This document shows, one piece after another, positions 1 through 9,196 of a stretch of 64,000 bases of DNA. A model generated the notes under the pieces. The model saw only the letters and a list, made by a program, of their open reading frames with translations. It was not told the DNA's origin and did not search any database. Position 1 is the stretch's first letter. Every line of letters starts with the position of its first letter. The translations under genes and the position numbers were made by a program. Source of the DNA: an uncultured Actinomycetes bacterium (lineage in GTDB: Bacteria > Actinomycetota > Thermoleophilia > UBA2241); NCBI GenBank assembly GCA_963725665.1, contig CAVRZA010000006.1, forward strand, positions 192,001-256,000, given 5' to 3'.

Positions 1-843
1 GCGAGCAGACGCCAGAGCGCCACCCCGGTGTAGGTGTGGTCGTCGCTCGGGTCGTCGGGCGTCTTGTTGTTGTCGACCCAGGAGACCGGGTACTTGGTGG
101 CCAGCGTGCGCGATCTGCGTGCCGGATTCGTCGACCGACCGCGCCCCGCGGAGCTGCAGCATCCAGGCCCACGGCGATGTGGGCGGCGTGCTCGGCGGCG
201 TGACGCCGACCGCGTAGACGACGACGCGCGCGATGCCGGCGGGTTTCTGGTTGCCGGGCAGGCTGGCGCTGCACAGCTTGATCGGCCAGGCCGGCTTCCA
301 CGACGGGAGAGTCGGCGGTGGCCCCGGTGTCCCCGCCTTGATCGTGCCCATCGGCAGCGGCAGTCCGTTGGCGAGATCAGCCACGATGATGTCGTCCTTG
401 CGTGCGAGTTGGCTGCTCGTGAAGGTGGCCGTGAACCCGTCGAGCCCGATCACCTGGACGGCGTAATCCTTGGCCGCCAGAGTGTCGTTGAACGAGCCCG
501 GTGTCGCGTCATCGATCCGCGCGATGAGGCGCCAGAGCGGCACGCCGCTGTAGACGACGTCGTCGCTGGGATCGTCCGGCGTCTTGTTGTCGTCGGTCCA
601 GCTCGCCGGGTGCAGGGCCGCCAGCGCGCGCAGCTGCTCGTAGGTCATGCCCTCGCTGCGGGCCGCCCCGCGCAGCTGGACGATCCAGCCGAACCCTTCG
701 TCGGCGACAGCGCCCGGCGCAGGGCCGGCCGCTGTCGCCACGCGAGGCGCCGCCCCGGCCCCGGCGACGACGATGAGCAGCGTGACGAGCAGCGCCGCCA
801 GGCAGACGAGGACCAGCCCCGTCCGTGTCTTGTGGTTCCCCAT
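1..843 (-). CDS. Secreted/membrane-anchored protein with repeated molybdopterin-oxidoreductase-like domains (partial, runs off window; apparent frameshift near 111)
   Basis: Not in the ORF track; translated by hand. AAGGAGG RBS, then ATG at 843: MGNHKTRTGLVLVCLAALLVTLLIVVAG (signal or anchor). Repeat 1 is WIVQLRGA..SWTDDNKTPDDPSDDVVYSGVPLWRL. Repeat 2 is WMLQLRGA..SWVDNNKTPDDPSDDHTYTGVALWRL, readable after removing one base near 111. Preceded by a Moco-type riboswitch. Confidence 0.65.
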   Translation of the reverse strand, partial: MGNHKTRTGLVLVCLAALLVTLLIVVAGAGAAPRVATAAGPAPGAVADEGFGWIVQLRGAARSEGMTYEQLRALAALHPASWTDDNKTPDDPSDDVVYSGVPLWRLIARIDDATPGSFNDTLAAKDYAVQVIGLDGFTATFTSSQLARKDDIIVADLANGLPLPMGTIKAGTPGPPPTLPSWKPAWPIKLCSASLPGNQKPAGIARVVVYAVGVTPPSTPPTSPWAWMLQLRGARSVDESGTQIAHAGHQVPGLLGRQQQDARRPERRPHLHRGGALASAR

Positions 844-1081
844 GGCTCCAGTTCCTCCTTGCTAGCTCGAGAGGACGTGGTGTCGTCCCCCCCTCCCCTC
901 TGCGTTCTCAGAGGCGCCCGGGCAAGAGCTCCAGTCGAAAGCGTGACGACGCCGAGAGGGGTGCTCCCCGTGCGGAGAAGACGGAGCCGGCCCGAGTCGG
1001 CCGGGCGCGCCGACGCTCTGGCCGGCTGCGGAGGGGACGAAGAGACCCGCTCCACAGGCGGCAGCGGGCCGTGACGGCGCT

Positions 1082-1184
1082 GCTCTCCTTTCCGCACTGG
1101 GAGACACGGCGCTTTCGCGCTGTACCCTGCCGGCGCAAGCTCCATGGGCCTACCAGGCCTTTAGGACTCAAGCGCTCGGAGAAC
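1082..1184 (-). ncRNA. Molybdenum/tungsten cofactor (Moco/Wco) riboswitch
   Basis: Minus strand reads TTCTCCGAG..CCTAA..CATGG..GCC..CAGGGT..GCGC GAAA GCGC..CTCCC..GGAAAGGAGAG. This is the motif order of the Moco RNA motif, with P1 closed by TTCTCC/GGAGAG and no room for P3. Confidence 0.8.
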
Positions 1185-1190
1185 GACGCC

Positions 1191-1220
1191 ATTCTACGTG
1201 CAATGAGTCACAAGGTGCAA
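1191..1220 (-). promoter_or_regulatory. Sigma70-type promoter for the riboswitch leader
   Basis: TTGCAC-18 nt-TAGAAT on the minus strand, ending 6 nt before the riboswitch. Confidence 0.65.
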
Positions 1221-1379
1221 TTCTTTGCCATCGTCACAGTGGCAGAAGGGCGTGCGGATGCTTTGGCCGTTCAGGCAGAGGCATCCAACGCCTGGATGGC
1301 CCGAGCCCGGGACGGACGAGCGGGGCGGCGAGGGTCGCGCCCGGCGCCGTCGCCGGTGCCGGGCGCGACGCTCGCCGCC

Positions 1380-2114
1380 TCAGGCCCGGGCGAAGCGCAG
1401 CGAGCGGAGCTGCGCGCCCGTGTGGTAGGCGTAGAGGTCGCGGAGGTGGCGGAAGGCCTCCTCCACGCCCTCGTCGCCCGGCAGGGCGCGCAGCTCCGCG
1501 AGAGGCAGACCGAGGGCGCGCCGCAACGCCGCGACGGCGTCGGGCGTGATGGGCGCGCCCTCGTGCAGGCAGCGCTCGCAGACGAGGCCGCCGCGGGCGG
1601 CCGAGAAGGCGAGCGCCATGCCGTCGGTGGCGCCGCAGACGGCACACTGGTCGAGCACCGGCAGGTAGCCGGCCTCACTCAGGAGCTTGACGAAGGCGCC
1701 GAGCACGAGCGGCGCCCGCAGCGCGGAGCCGGCGAAGCCGGCGTCGATCTCGCGTAACGCGCGCGCCAGGAGATTGAAGGCCCGCTCCTCCGGCTCGCCC
1801 TCGGCGAACAACCCAGCCGCCGCCTCGCACAGCAGCCCCGCCGCAACCATAGCTTCGCGGTCCTCGTGCAGACGCAGGTTGGTGCGCGCAAGCTGCGCCG
1901 AGGTGACGGTGAAGAGGCTGCGCCCGCGGAAGAGGACGAGATCGACCAGGCCGAAGGGCTCCAGACGACCTCCCCAGCGCGACTTCGTGCGCCGCACGCC
2001 CTTGACGACCGCATCGACACGCCCGAGCTCCTTCGTGAAGAGCGTGACGATGCGGTCGGCCTCGCCGAGGGGGCGCGAGCTCAGAACGACGGCGCGGACG
2101 GTCTCGTAGCGCAT
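1380..2114 (-). CDS. recO: DNA repair protein RecO
   Basis: AVVLSSRPLGEADRIVTLFTKELGRVDAVVKGVRRTKSRWGGRLEPF N-terminus; CAVC..CERC zinc finger. Confidence 0.95.
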   Translation of the reverse strand: MRYETVRAVVLSSRPLGEADRIVTLFTKELGRVDAVVKGVRRTKSRWGGRLEPFGLVDLVLFRGRSLFTVTSAQLARTNLRLHEDREAMVAAGLLCEAAAGLFAEGEPEERAFNLLARALREIDAGFAGSALRAPLVLGAFVKLLSEAGYLPVLDQCAVCGATDGMALAFSAARGGLVCERCLHEGAPITPDAVAALRRALGLPLAELRALPGDEGVEEAFRHLRDLYAYHTGAQLRSLRFARA

Positions 2115-2125
2115 GCGCTCGAGCC

Positions 2126-2407
2126 TTAGGCCGTCGCTTCGTCCACGAGGTAGGCGAGCGACTCGTAGGCGCGTCCCGTGCGGTCGGAGAGCACGATCTC
2201 GCAGGTCTTGGCGAGCGAGTAGGCGCCGTCGAAGGCCCGCCCCGCGACCTCAAGCGCTTCTTCGTGCACGGCCGCGTCGGCCAGCTCAGGGTAGAGGAAG
2301 CCGCGGTCGCCGCCGGCGCCGCAGCAGCCGAGGGCGTACGGAACGACGACCTCGTCGGCGCACGCGGCGGCGACCGCCGCGACCTTGTCGTAGCCCATGA
2401 CGTTCAC
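2126..2407 (-). CDS. Small stand-alone CCG-domain (Fe-S oxidoreductase C-terminal-like) protein
   Basis: GCCGAGGDRGFLYPEL..S..TCEI resembles the C-terminal cysteine-rich domain of FAD/Fe-S lactate-type dehydrogenases; GTGA overlap with prmC. Confidence 0.6.
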   Translation of the reverse strand: MNVMGYDKVAAVAAACADEVVVPYALGCCGAGGDRGFLYPELADAAVHEEALEVAGRAFDGAYSLAKTCEIVLSDRTGRAYESLAYLVDEATA

Positions 2408-3324
2408 GCCTTCTCCCGCCCGAGCACGACCCGCGGCGAGCCGCCGAGATCGTTGCGCACGTCGATGTCCTCGAAGCGTCGCGCCTCGACGAAGAGCGAG
2501 AGCACCTCGACCAGCTTGGTCTCCGGGATCTCGACGGCGAGCAGGCCCCCGGGCTCGAGGAAGGGCGGCGCGCCCGGGATGATCCGTTCGTAGAAGTCCA
2601 TCCCGTGCGCGCCGCCCAGAAGCGCCACGTGCGGCTCGTAGCCGCGCACGTCGACGGAGAGCCGCCGCAACGCCTGCGTGGTCACGTAGGGCGGGTTCGA
2701 CACGATGAGATCGAAGCGCGCCCCCGGCGGCAGGTCCTCGTAGACGTCGCTCACGGCGAAGCTGATCCGCCGCTGCAGCCCCAGCCGCACCGCGTTGAGC
2801 CGTGCCATCTCGAGCGGCGCCGGGTGCACCTCGGTAGCCACGATGCGCGCCGTCGGGTGCTCGGCGGCGATGGCCAGCGCGATGGCGCCCGAGCCCGTGC
2901 CCACGTCGAGCACCCTCGGCTCTTCCTCGCCCGAGCGCGCGAGCTCCTCGAGCGCGACCTCGACCAGCGTCTCGGTCTCGGGCCGCGGGATGAGGGTGTT
3001 CTCGTTGAGCTGCAGGTCGATGGTGCGAAAGCCGCGGTGGCCGACGATATAGGCCACCGGTTCGCGCTTCTTGCGCCGCTCAACGAAGCCCTGGAAGCGC
3101 TCCCACTCCTGAGCGGTGAGCACGCGCTCGGACTCGCCGTAGAGGTGTTCGCGCGTGCACCCGAGCGTCTCGGCGAGCAGGATCTCAACGTCGAGACGGG
3201 GAGAGGGGATGCCCGCGGCGCCCAATCGGCGCGTCGCACGCGAGAGCGCCTGCTTGACCGATACGGGCGGGCTTTTCTGGGCCCGGCCCTCCTCCCCCAC
3301 GGCCGCCCTCTTCTCCTCCGCCAC
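2404..3324 (-). CDS. prmC: Release factor glutamine N5-methyltransferase
   Basis: LIPRPETE, DVGTGSGAIA and SNPPY motifs; directly downstream of prfA. Confidence 0.95.
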   Translation of the reverse strand: MAEEKRAAVGEEGRAQKSPPVSVKQALSRATRRLGAAGIPSPRLDVEILLAETLGCTREHLYGESERVLTAQEWERFQGFVERRKKREPVAYIVGHRGFRTIDLQLNENTLIPRPETETLVEVALEELARSGEEEPRVLDVGTGSGAIALAIAAEHPTARIVATEVHPAPLEMARLNAVRLGLQRRISFAVSDVYEDLPPGARFDLIVSNPPYVTTQALRRLSVDVRGYEPHVALLGGAHGMDFYERIIPGAPPFLEPGGLLAVEIPETKLVEVLSLFVEARRFEDIDVRNDLGGSPRVVLGREKA

Positions 3325-3340
3325 CGGCCGCTGCGTCCCT

Positions 3341-4432
3341 CTACTCGTCGCCGACCGCGGCGAGCTGCTTGCGCCTGTCCTCGGCCGCCAGCGCCTCGGT
3401 GAACTCGTCGATGTCGCCCTCGAGGATCTGGTCGATGCGGTGCGAGGTGAGCCCGATACGGTGGTCGGTGACCCGCGCCTGGGAGAAGTTGTAGGTGCGT
3501 ATCTTCTGCGAGCGGTCGCCGGTGCCGACCATGCCGCGCCGCGCCTCGGCCACCTCGCTCTGCTGTCGCTCGAGCTCCATCTCGTAGAGCCGCGCGCGCA
3601 GGATGCGCAAGGCGCGCTCCTTGTTCTGCAACTGGCTCTTCTCGTCCTGGCAGCTCACCACGAGCCCCGTCGGCAGGTGTGTGATGCGCACGGCCGAGTC
3701 GGTGGTGTTGACCGACTGGCCGCCGGGCCCGCTGGAGCGGAAGATGTCGACGCGGATGTCGCCGGGATCGATCTCGACCTCGACGTCTTCGGCCTCGGGC
3801 AGCACCGCCACTGTGGCCGTCGAGGTGTGGATGCGTCCCTGCGACTCGGTCACCGGCACGCGCTGCACACGGTGCACTCCGCCCTCGTACTTGAAGGCGG
3901 AGTAGGCGCCCTGCCCGCGCACCTCGACGATGACCTCCTTGAAGCCACCGTTCTCGGACTCGCTCTGCGAGAGCAGCTCGGTCTCGAAGCCCTTCTTCTC
4001 CGCGTAGCGCAGGTACATGCGCAGCAGCTCGCCGGCGAAGAGCGCGGCCTCGTCGCCGCCGGCGCCGGCGCGGATCTCGAGGATCACGTCCTTGGCGTCG
4101 TTGGGGTCGCGCGTGAGCATCTGCGTGCGGATCTCGTCGCTCAGCTCGTCGAGCAGGCGCCGGTTGGTGAGCAGCTCCTCCTGCAGGAACTCGCGCATCT
4201 CGGGCTCGAGGCCGTCGCCGTCGGCGAGCAGCTCCTCGGCGTCGGCGACGGCCTTCTCGGCCTCGCGGTAACGGAGCGTGAGGTCGTACGCGGCGGCGAG
4301 CTCGGCGTGCCGCCGCGCCGCCGCCGCGTACTGTTTGCGGTCGGCAAGCACGGCCGGGTCGCTGAGCAGCCCGGTCACTTCCTCATACGTGCGTTCGATC
4401 TCTTCGACGAGTCTGTCGGCCATCTGCGACAC
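3341..4432 (-). CDS. prfA: Peptide chain release factor 1
   Basis: GGQ motif ([10 protein letters not shown]) and RF1-type PVT tripeptide ([17 protein letters not shown]). Confidence 0.97.
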   Translation of the reverse strand: MSQMADRLVEEIERTYEEVTGLLSDPAVLADRKQYAAAARRHAELAAAYDLTLRYREAEKAVADAEELLADGDGLEPEMREFLQEELLTNRRLLDELSDEIRTQMLTRDPNDAKDVILEIRAGAGGDEAALFAGELLRMYLRYAEKKGFETELLSQSESENGGFKEVIVEVRGQGAYSAFKYEGGVHRVQRVPVTESQGRIHTSTATVAVLPEAEDVEVEIDPGDIRVDIFRSSGPGGQSVNTTDSAVRITHLPTGLVVSCQDEKSQLQNKERALRILRARLYEMELERQQSEVAEARRGMVGTGDRSQKIRTYNFSQARVTDHRIGLTSHRIDQILEGDIDEFTEALAAEDRRKQLAAVGDE

Positions 4433-4848
4433 CGGTCGGTCCCTGCGAGCCTGCCGGACTGTCCATCGGGGGGAGACGCGACGGCAAGCACAGCGGGACG
4501 GCCCTCCGAGGCTCCCCCGGTCGCGCCTGCGCCAAGGCGAAGCCTCGATCGATTATACCCCGGCCCCTTCGCGTGCTCTGCCGGCGCGGTGGCGAGACGC
4601 GCACCGCCGATACGACAGCGGGGAGCGCGACCCGGCGGCCGGGAGACGCGAGCGCCGGGGAGGACACGCGTGGGCGCAAGGAGGCACAAAGGCGCGGCCA
4701 GACGTCACGGCGGCAGGAGAGCTCCCCCGACCGTTGAATTCTGCCCGTACAGCGACCGGCGACCGGCGCCGACACGGCGCCCGCGAAGAGGAGTCCGACC
4801 CTGGAACAGGAGCGAACGTCCGACTCGAGCTTCTTTGCCTCGCCCACC

Positions 4849-5892
4849 GTGCGAGCCCTCGTCATCATCGCGTCCTTCGGCGTGGTGATCCTGTTCCTGA
4901 ACCAGTTCAGTGGAGTGATCAGCCAGGCCGTGCTCGCCTACGTGATCACGCTTGCCTTCACGCCCCTGCTGCGTTGGCTGCGCCGGCACGTGCCGACCTG
5001 GCTCGCCATCACCCTGATCATGGCGCTGGTGCTCGTCGTCGTCGGCGGCTTCCTCATCCTCACCGCGGTCACACTCGGCAACGCGACCACGCAGATCTCC
5101 GACTATCGCGCGCAGTACGGCCAGCAGCTCGACTCGGTCGTCAACTGGCTCGCCGACAAGGGCATCGACGTCAGTGGCGCCTCGAGCGTCATCTCCGGCG
5201 AGAAGGTCTTCTCCCTGGTGACGAAGATCCTCAGCTGGGTGGCCTCAGGACTCACCTTCTCGTTCCTGCTCTTCTTCATCTTCGTCTACATGCTCGTCGA
5301 CTCGATGCATCTGCCGGCCAGCCTGCGCAGGCACCTGCCGGGCGCGAGCTACGACCGTCTGATGCTCTTCCAGAGCGACGTGCGGCGCTACTGGGTCATC
5401 CAGACCATCACCGGACTGATCGCGGCGGTGCTCGACGTCGCCATGCTCCTCGTGCTCGGCATCCCCTTCGCCTTCTTCCTGGGGGTGCTCTCGTTCATCA
5501 CCAACTACATCCCGAACATCGGCTACTTCATCGCCCTCGTGCCGGCCCTGCTGTTCGCCTTCGTCACACTCGGAGCGAAGGGGGTCGTGATCGTCTTCGT
5601 CGGCTACTGGGCCTTCAACACCGTCGCCGGGAGCATCGTGGCGCCGAAGCTGAACGCCGAGCGGCTGAGCATCGGCTTCACCACTTCCATGGTCGGCGTC
5701 GTCTTCTGGGGCACGGTCCTCGGCCCCGTCGGCGGTCTCGTCGCCGTGCCCCTCATCCTCTTCGTGCGCGAGATCGTGCTCGGCGACCGCCCCGAGAACC
5801 AGTGGCTGGTCGACCTGCTGAGCAGCGCCCCCGCCAAGCCGAAGCGCAAGGGGAGAGCGTCGGGCACCGAAGGGGAGCCGCAGGAGGCGTAG
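4849..5892 (+). CDS. AI-2E family transporter
   Basis: Multi-TM protein with NYIPNIG and FWGTVLGPVGGLVAVP motifs. Confidence 0.88.
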   Translation: MRALVIIASFGVVILFLNQFSGVISQAVLAYVITLAFTPLLRWLRRHVPTWLAITLIMALVLVVVGGFLILTAVTLGNATTQISDYRAQYGQQLDSVVNWLADKGIDVSGASSVISGEKVFSLVTKILSWVASGLTFSFLLFFIFVYMLVDSMHLPASLRRHLPGASYDRLMLFQSDVRRYWVIQTITGLIAAVLDVAMLLVLGIPFAFFLGVLSFITNYIPNIGYFIALVPALLFAFVTLGAKGVVIVFVGYWAFNTVAGSIVAPKLNAERLSIGFTTSMVGVVFWGTVLGPVGGLVAVPLILFVREIVLGDRPENQWLVDLLSSAPAKPKRKGRASGTEGEPQEA

Positions 5893-5913
5893 TCGGGGCG
5901 CGGCGGTGGCGTG

Positions 5914-5963
5914 GTTCGAGTGAGGCGGGCGGCGCCGTCAGGCGCCGCCCGCCTCACTCGAAC
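5914..5963. terminator. Perfect 23-bp inverted repeat, probable bidirectional terminator
   Basis: GTTCGAGTGAGGCGGGCGGCGCC-gtca-GGCGCCGCCCGCCTCACTCGAAC between convergent genes. Confidence 0.7.
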
Positions 5964-6941
5964 GTGAACGGCTTGAGGCTCGGATAACCTCGCCTCATAT
6001 CGACCGCGCTGCCGAACCCCCAAAGCTCTCGCAAGAACAGAGGGTGCAACCGGTCGAGGATAGGTGGCGGCGGCGGCACGTCGCTGATGCCGTAGTCGTG
6101 CGGCAGCCCAGTGTCGGCATCGACGGTGAACGTGACCCAGCCGCCCCGAGGTGCTGCGGCGCCGCTGGGACGGCTGAACGCTTGCTCGTCGACGAACCGT
6201 CCGCGCAGCACGACGAGGTAGACCATGGTGTCGTCGTCGACGCTCGGATCGCTGCTCGTGAGCCCCACGGCAGTCGCCGCCTGCTTCGTCGTCATCAGAC
6301 CCCACGCGGCCCAGAGCGGACGAGGGTCCTGGTCGCTGCGCGCGCTACCTCAAGGCTCGCTCGCGGAGCCAAGCGGGCGGCGTAGGCCACGCGCCCCCAG
6401 CGTCCGGCGGTGGCGCCGAGAGGTCGAGTGGCCTTAGATGAGGATAGGGCGAGGGGTCGAACTCACCCCAGCCGGCGCCGAACACGCCGCCCGGTTCGTG
6501 GGTGGCCTCTGTGTACGTGTACTCAACGATAGTCACCGGGCCAGGAGGAAGGCTGGCCCCCGGCGCAATCCTGAGTTGATTGACGATGTCAAAGCGGCCG
6601 ATGAGCACGAGCACCCACACCTTCGGGTGCGAGGGGTCGCGTGGACCGCTGTCCATCAGCTCGCCGTACTCAGGGTCGCCGAGCAGGCCCCAGTAGCCCC
6701 CGTCTACCGGCCCATCGGCCTCGGCCGCCTTGCGCCAAGCCTCCTTCCACAACCACGCCGGTGGTTGGTCGGCGGAGGTCGAAGCCAGCGGCGACGAGGG
6801 AGAGCTCCCTTCGGCCGCCCCGGTCGCGGTGCCGCATGAGCCGAGCAGGACGGCGGCTGTCAGAACGGCCATCGCGACGACCACCACGACCAGCAATCTG
6901 CGCACCGCCCACCTCCTCGTGGTGTATGCGATTCTCAGCAT
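5954..6941 (-). CDS. Hypothetical lipoprotein with two internal repeats, split by a frameshift near 6345
   Basis: Lipobox-like LLGSC. Repeat 1 is PPAWLWKEAWR..YWGLL..VWVLVLIGRF. Repeat 2 is PPAWLRERALR/fs/ARSDQDPRPLWAAWGLM..VYLVVLRGRF. One base joins ORFs 6345..6941 and 5954..6295. Confidence 0.55.
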
Positions 6942-6978
6942 ACTCCTGAGAGACGAACGGGGAGCCGAGCAGGTTCGC

Positions 6979-7959
6979 CTACGCCATCACCTCGACGCCC
7001 TTCACCGGAGGGGCGTCGACGGGCTCGAGCTCGATGATGCGGTCGAGGGCGCTGATGGCCACCTCGATCTGGCTCGCATCGGGCTTCTTCGTCGTCATCC
7101 ACTGCAGCGCCAACCCCGGCGCCATGATCACGCGCACGAACGGGTTGTTTTCGTGTCGCCCGGCCAACCTGATGATCTCGTAGGAGATGCCGGCGATCAG
7201 TGGGATGAGGATCACGCGCGAGAGGATCAACCAGTACCACGCCGGCCAGCGCACGACGGCGAAGACCAGGATCGAGACCACCATGACGATGAGCAGGAAC
7301 GACGTGCCGCAGCGCAGGTGCAGCGTCTTGTACTTCTCGACGTTGGCGACCTCGAGAGGCTCGCCGTGCTCGAGAGCGTGGATCGACATGTGCTCGGCGC
7401 CGTGGTACTCGAAGACGCGCCGCAGCTCGCGGAACTGAGTGACGACGGCGAGATAGGCGACGAAGATGCCGACGCGGATGAAGCCCTCGACGAGCCAGAA
7501 CCAGAAACCGGTGCCGAGCTCGGTCTTGAAGATGCGCGCGATGCCGAGGGGCGCGAGAAAGAAGAGGGCGACGGCGAAACCCAGCGCCACGACCAGGGTG
7601 AGGCCGATCTCCTTCTTGGTGAGCTCCCTCTCGTCTTCGCCGAGCGACTGGTTGGCCGAGATGGTGATGGCCTTCATGCCGATGACGAGCGATTCGACGA
7701 GAGCGGTGACGCCGCGCAAGATGGGCAGCTTGAGCACGGGGTAGCGCTTCATGAACGAGACCAGCGGCCAGGAGTCGAGATGGATCGTCTGGTCGGGGCG
7801 ACGCACGGCGAGTGACCAGTGCGCGACGCCGCGCATCATGACGCCCTCGATGACGGCCTGACCGCCGACCTGCAGGCGCTTGGCGAGGAGCGCCGGCGCC
7901 AGCACGGCGCAGCCGGCGAGGCGCCGGCGCAGTGGATCGATCATCTGGGGACCAGCCAT
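6979..7959 (-). CDS. DUF1385 family membrane protein
   Basis: VGGQAVIEGVMMR, FEYHGAEH and RCGTSF motifs; usual rpmE-prfA neighbourhood. Confidence 0.92.
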   Translation of the reverse strand: MAGPQMIDPLRRRLAGCAVLAPALLAKRLQVGGQAVIEGVMMRGVAHWSLAVRRPDQTIHLDSWPLVSFMKRYPVLKLPILRGVTALVESLVIGMKAITISANQSLGEDERELTKKEIGLTLVVALGFAVALFFLAPLGIARIFKTELGTGFWFWLVEGFIRVGIFVAYLAVVTQFRELRRVFEYHGAEHMSIHALEHGEPLEVANVEKYKTLHLRCGTSFLLIVMVVSILVFAVVRWPAWYWLILSRVILIPLIAGISYEIIRLAGRHENNPFVRVIMAPGLALQWMTTKKPDASQIEVAISALDRIIELEPVDAPPVKGVEVMA

Positions 7960-7994
7960 CGCGCTACCCTATCGGCACGCACGCCGGGAGTGCC

Positions 7995-8732
7995 TTAGGC
8001 AGATGCGGCGGCGACGCCGTCGACCTCCTCGGCCTTGTACGGCTTGCCGCAGGTCATCTTGCCCTCGGGACAGCTGCCGTAGAGGCAGCCGGGGCCGCTG
8101 CCCTCGAAGAGCGCGGGGGCGATGGCCTTGACCATGCTGCGCATCTCCCAGGCCATCGCTCGTATCTCCCACTGCGCCCGGTTGCAGCAGCGCACGCGGA
8201 AGAAGTGACGCAGCTCGCGGGCGTTCATCGTGACGACGATCTTGGTCTCGGCGGCGTTGGGCAGCACGAAGCGGGCGTCCTCCTGCACCGACTCCTTGCC
8301 GCGCCCCTCGGCCAGCCCGATATCGACCAGCCGGTCGTAGGCGTCGCGGGCCCGAGTCATCGCCTCGAGGAAGATCGCCTTCGCCTCGGCGTTGGCGTCG
8401 ATAGACGGCGGCACGACGAAGCTGTCTGCTGCCGAGAAGTTGACGTAGCGCTGCGACTGCTGGTTGTAGCTCGCCACGCGATGGCGCACGAGCTGGTGGG
8501 TGCAGGCGCGCGAGACGCCGTCGACGGCGAAGCTGAAGACGGCGTGCTCGAGCGCCGAATGGTGACCCGACTTGACCATGCCGCGCACGAGCTTGCCCAC
8601 GGCCTCGTCGCCCATCGTCTCCTTGAGCTCGGCAGCCGAGACGGGCGCGTAGCAGAGCCTGCCGGCGGCGGCCACGGCACGATCGGGATCGGGCGTGTTG
8701 TAGAGGAGGGTGACCCGGAGCTGCGCTGCCAC
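7995..8732 (-). CDS. thyX: FAD-dependent thymidylate synthase
   Basis: [26 protein letters not shown] (ThyX motif) and AQWEIR. Confidence 0.96.
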   Translation of the reverse strand: MAAQLRVTLLYNTPDPDRAVAAAGRLCYAPVSAAELKETMGDEAVGKLVRGMVKSGHHSALEHAVFSFAVDGVSRACTHQLVRHRVASYNQQSQRYVNFSAADSFVVPPSIDANAEAKAIFLEAMTRARDAYDRLVDIGLAEGRGKESVQEDARFVLPNAAETKIVVTMNARELRHFFRVRCCNRAQWEIRAMAWEMRSMVKAIAPALFEGSGPGCLYGSCPEGKMTCGKPYKAEEVDGVAAASA

Positions 8733-8739
8733 GACGGCG

Positions 8740-8958
8740 TCAGCCGACCTTGTCGGCGGCCTTCTTGCCGTACTTGCGCTGGAAGCGCTCGACGCGTCCG
8801 CCCGAGTCGACGAGCTTCTGCTTGCCGGTGTAGAAGGGATGGCACTGCGAGCAGATCTCGACGTGCAGCTCGGGCTGGGTCGAACGAGTCGTGAACGTGT
8901 TACCGCAGGAGCACTTCACGACCGTCTCCATGTACGGGGGATGGATGTCTTTCTTCAT
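8740..8958 (-). CDS. rpmE: 50S ribosomal protein L31 (Zn-binding type A)
   Basis: [27 protein letters not shown]; start moved to ATG 8958. Confidence 0.97.
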   Translation of the reverse strand: MKKDIHPPYMETVVKCSCGNTFTTRSTQPELHVEICSQCHPFYTGKQKLVDSGGRVERFQRKYGKKAADKVG

Positions 8959-9196
8959 GGGATCAAGTCCTTCGCTCTTCTGGGGGACACGGTATGGTAG
9001 CACGACGGGCACGGAGCCGCGAGGTCCACGGCGCCCCGCTGCGAGCGTCGCGACACGCCCTCAGCCGTCATCTGAGATGGTACCCAGCGACAAACCGGGG
9101 TGTGCCGCTGCGAGGGTCGCGGATCATCCTCCTGATGCCGGCGCGATCGCCGCTGGGCGACGCCACACGGATCGCGAGTGAGAGATACTTGTCCTC

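Noticed and set aside
6345-6347. Amber readthrough joining the two lipoprotein halves
   Set aside because: The downstream half is in a different frame, so a one-base indel is needed rather than readthrough
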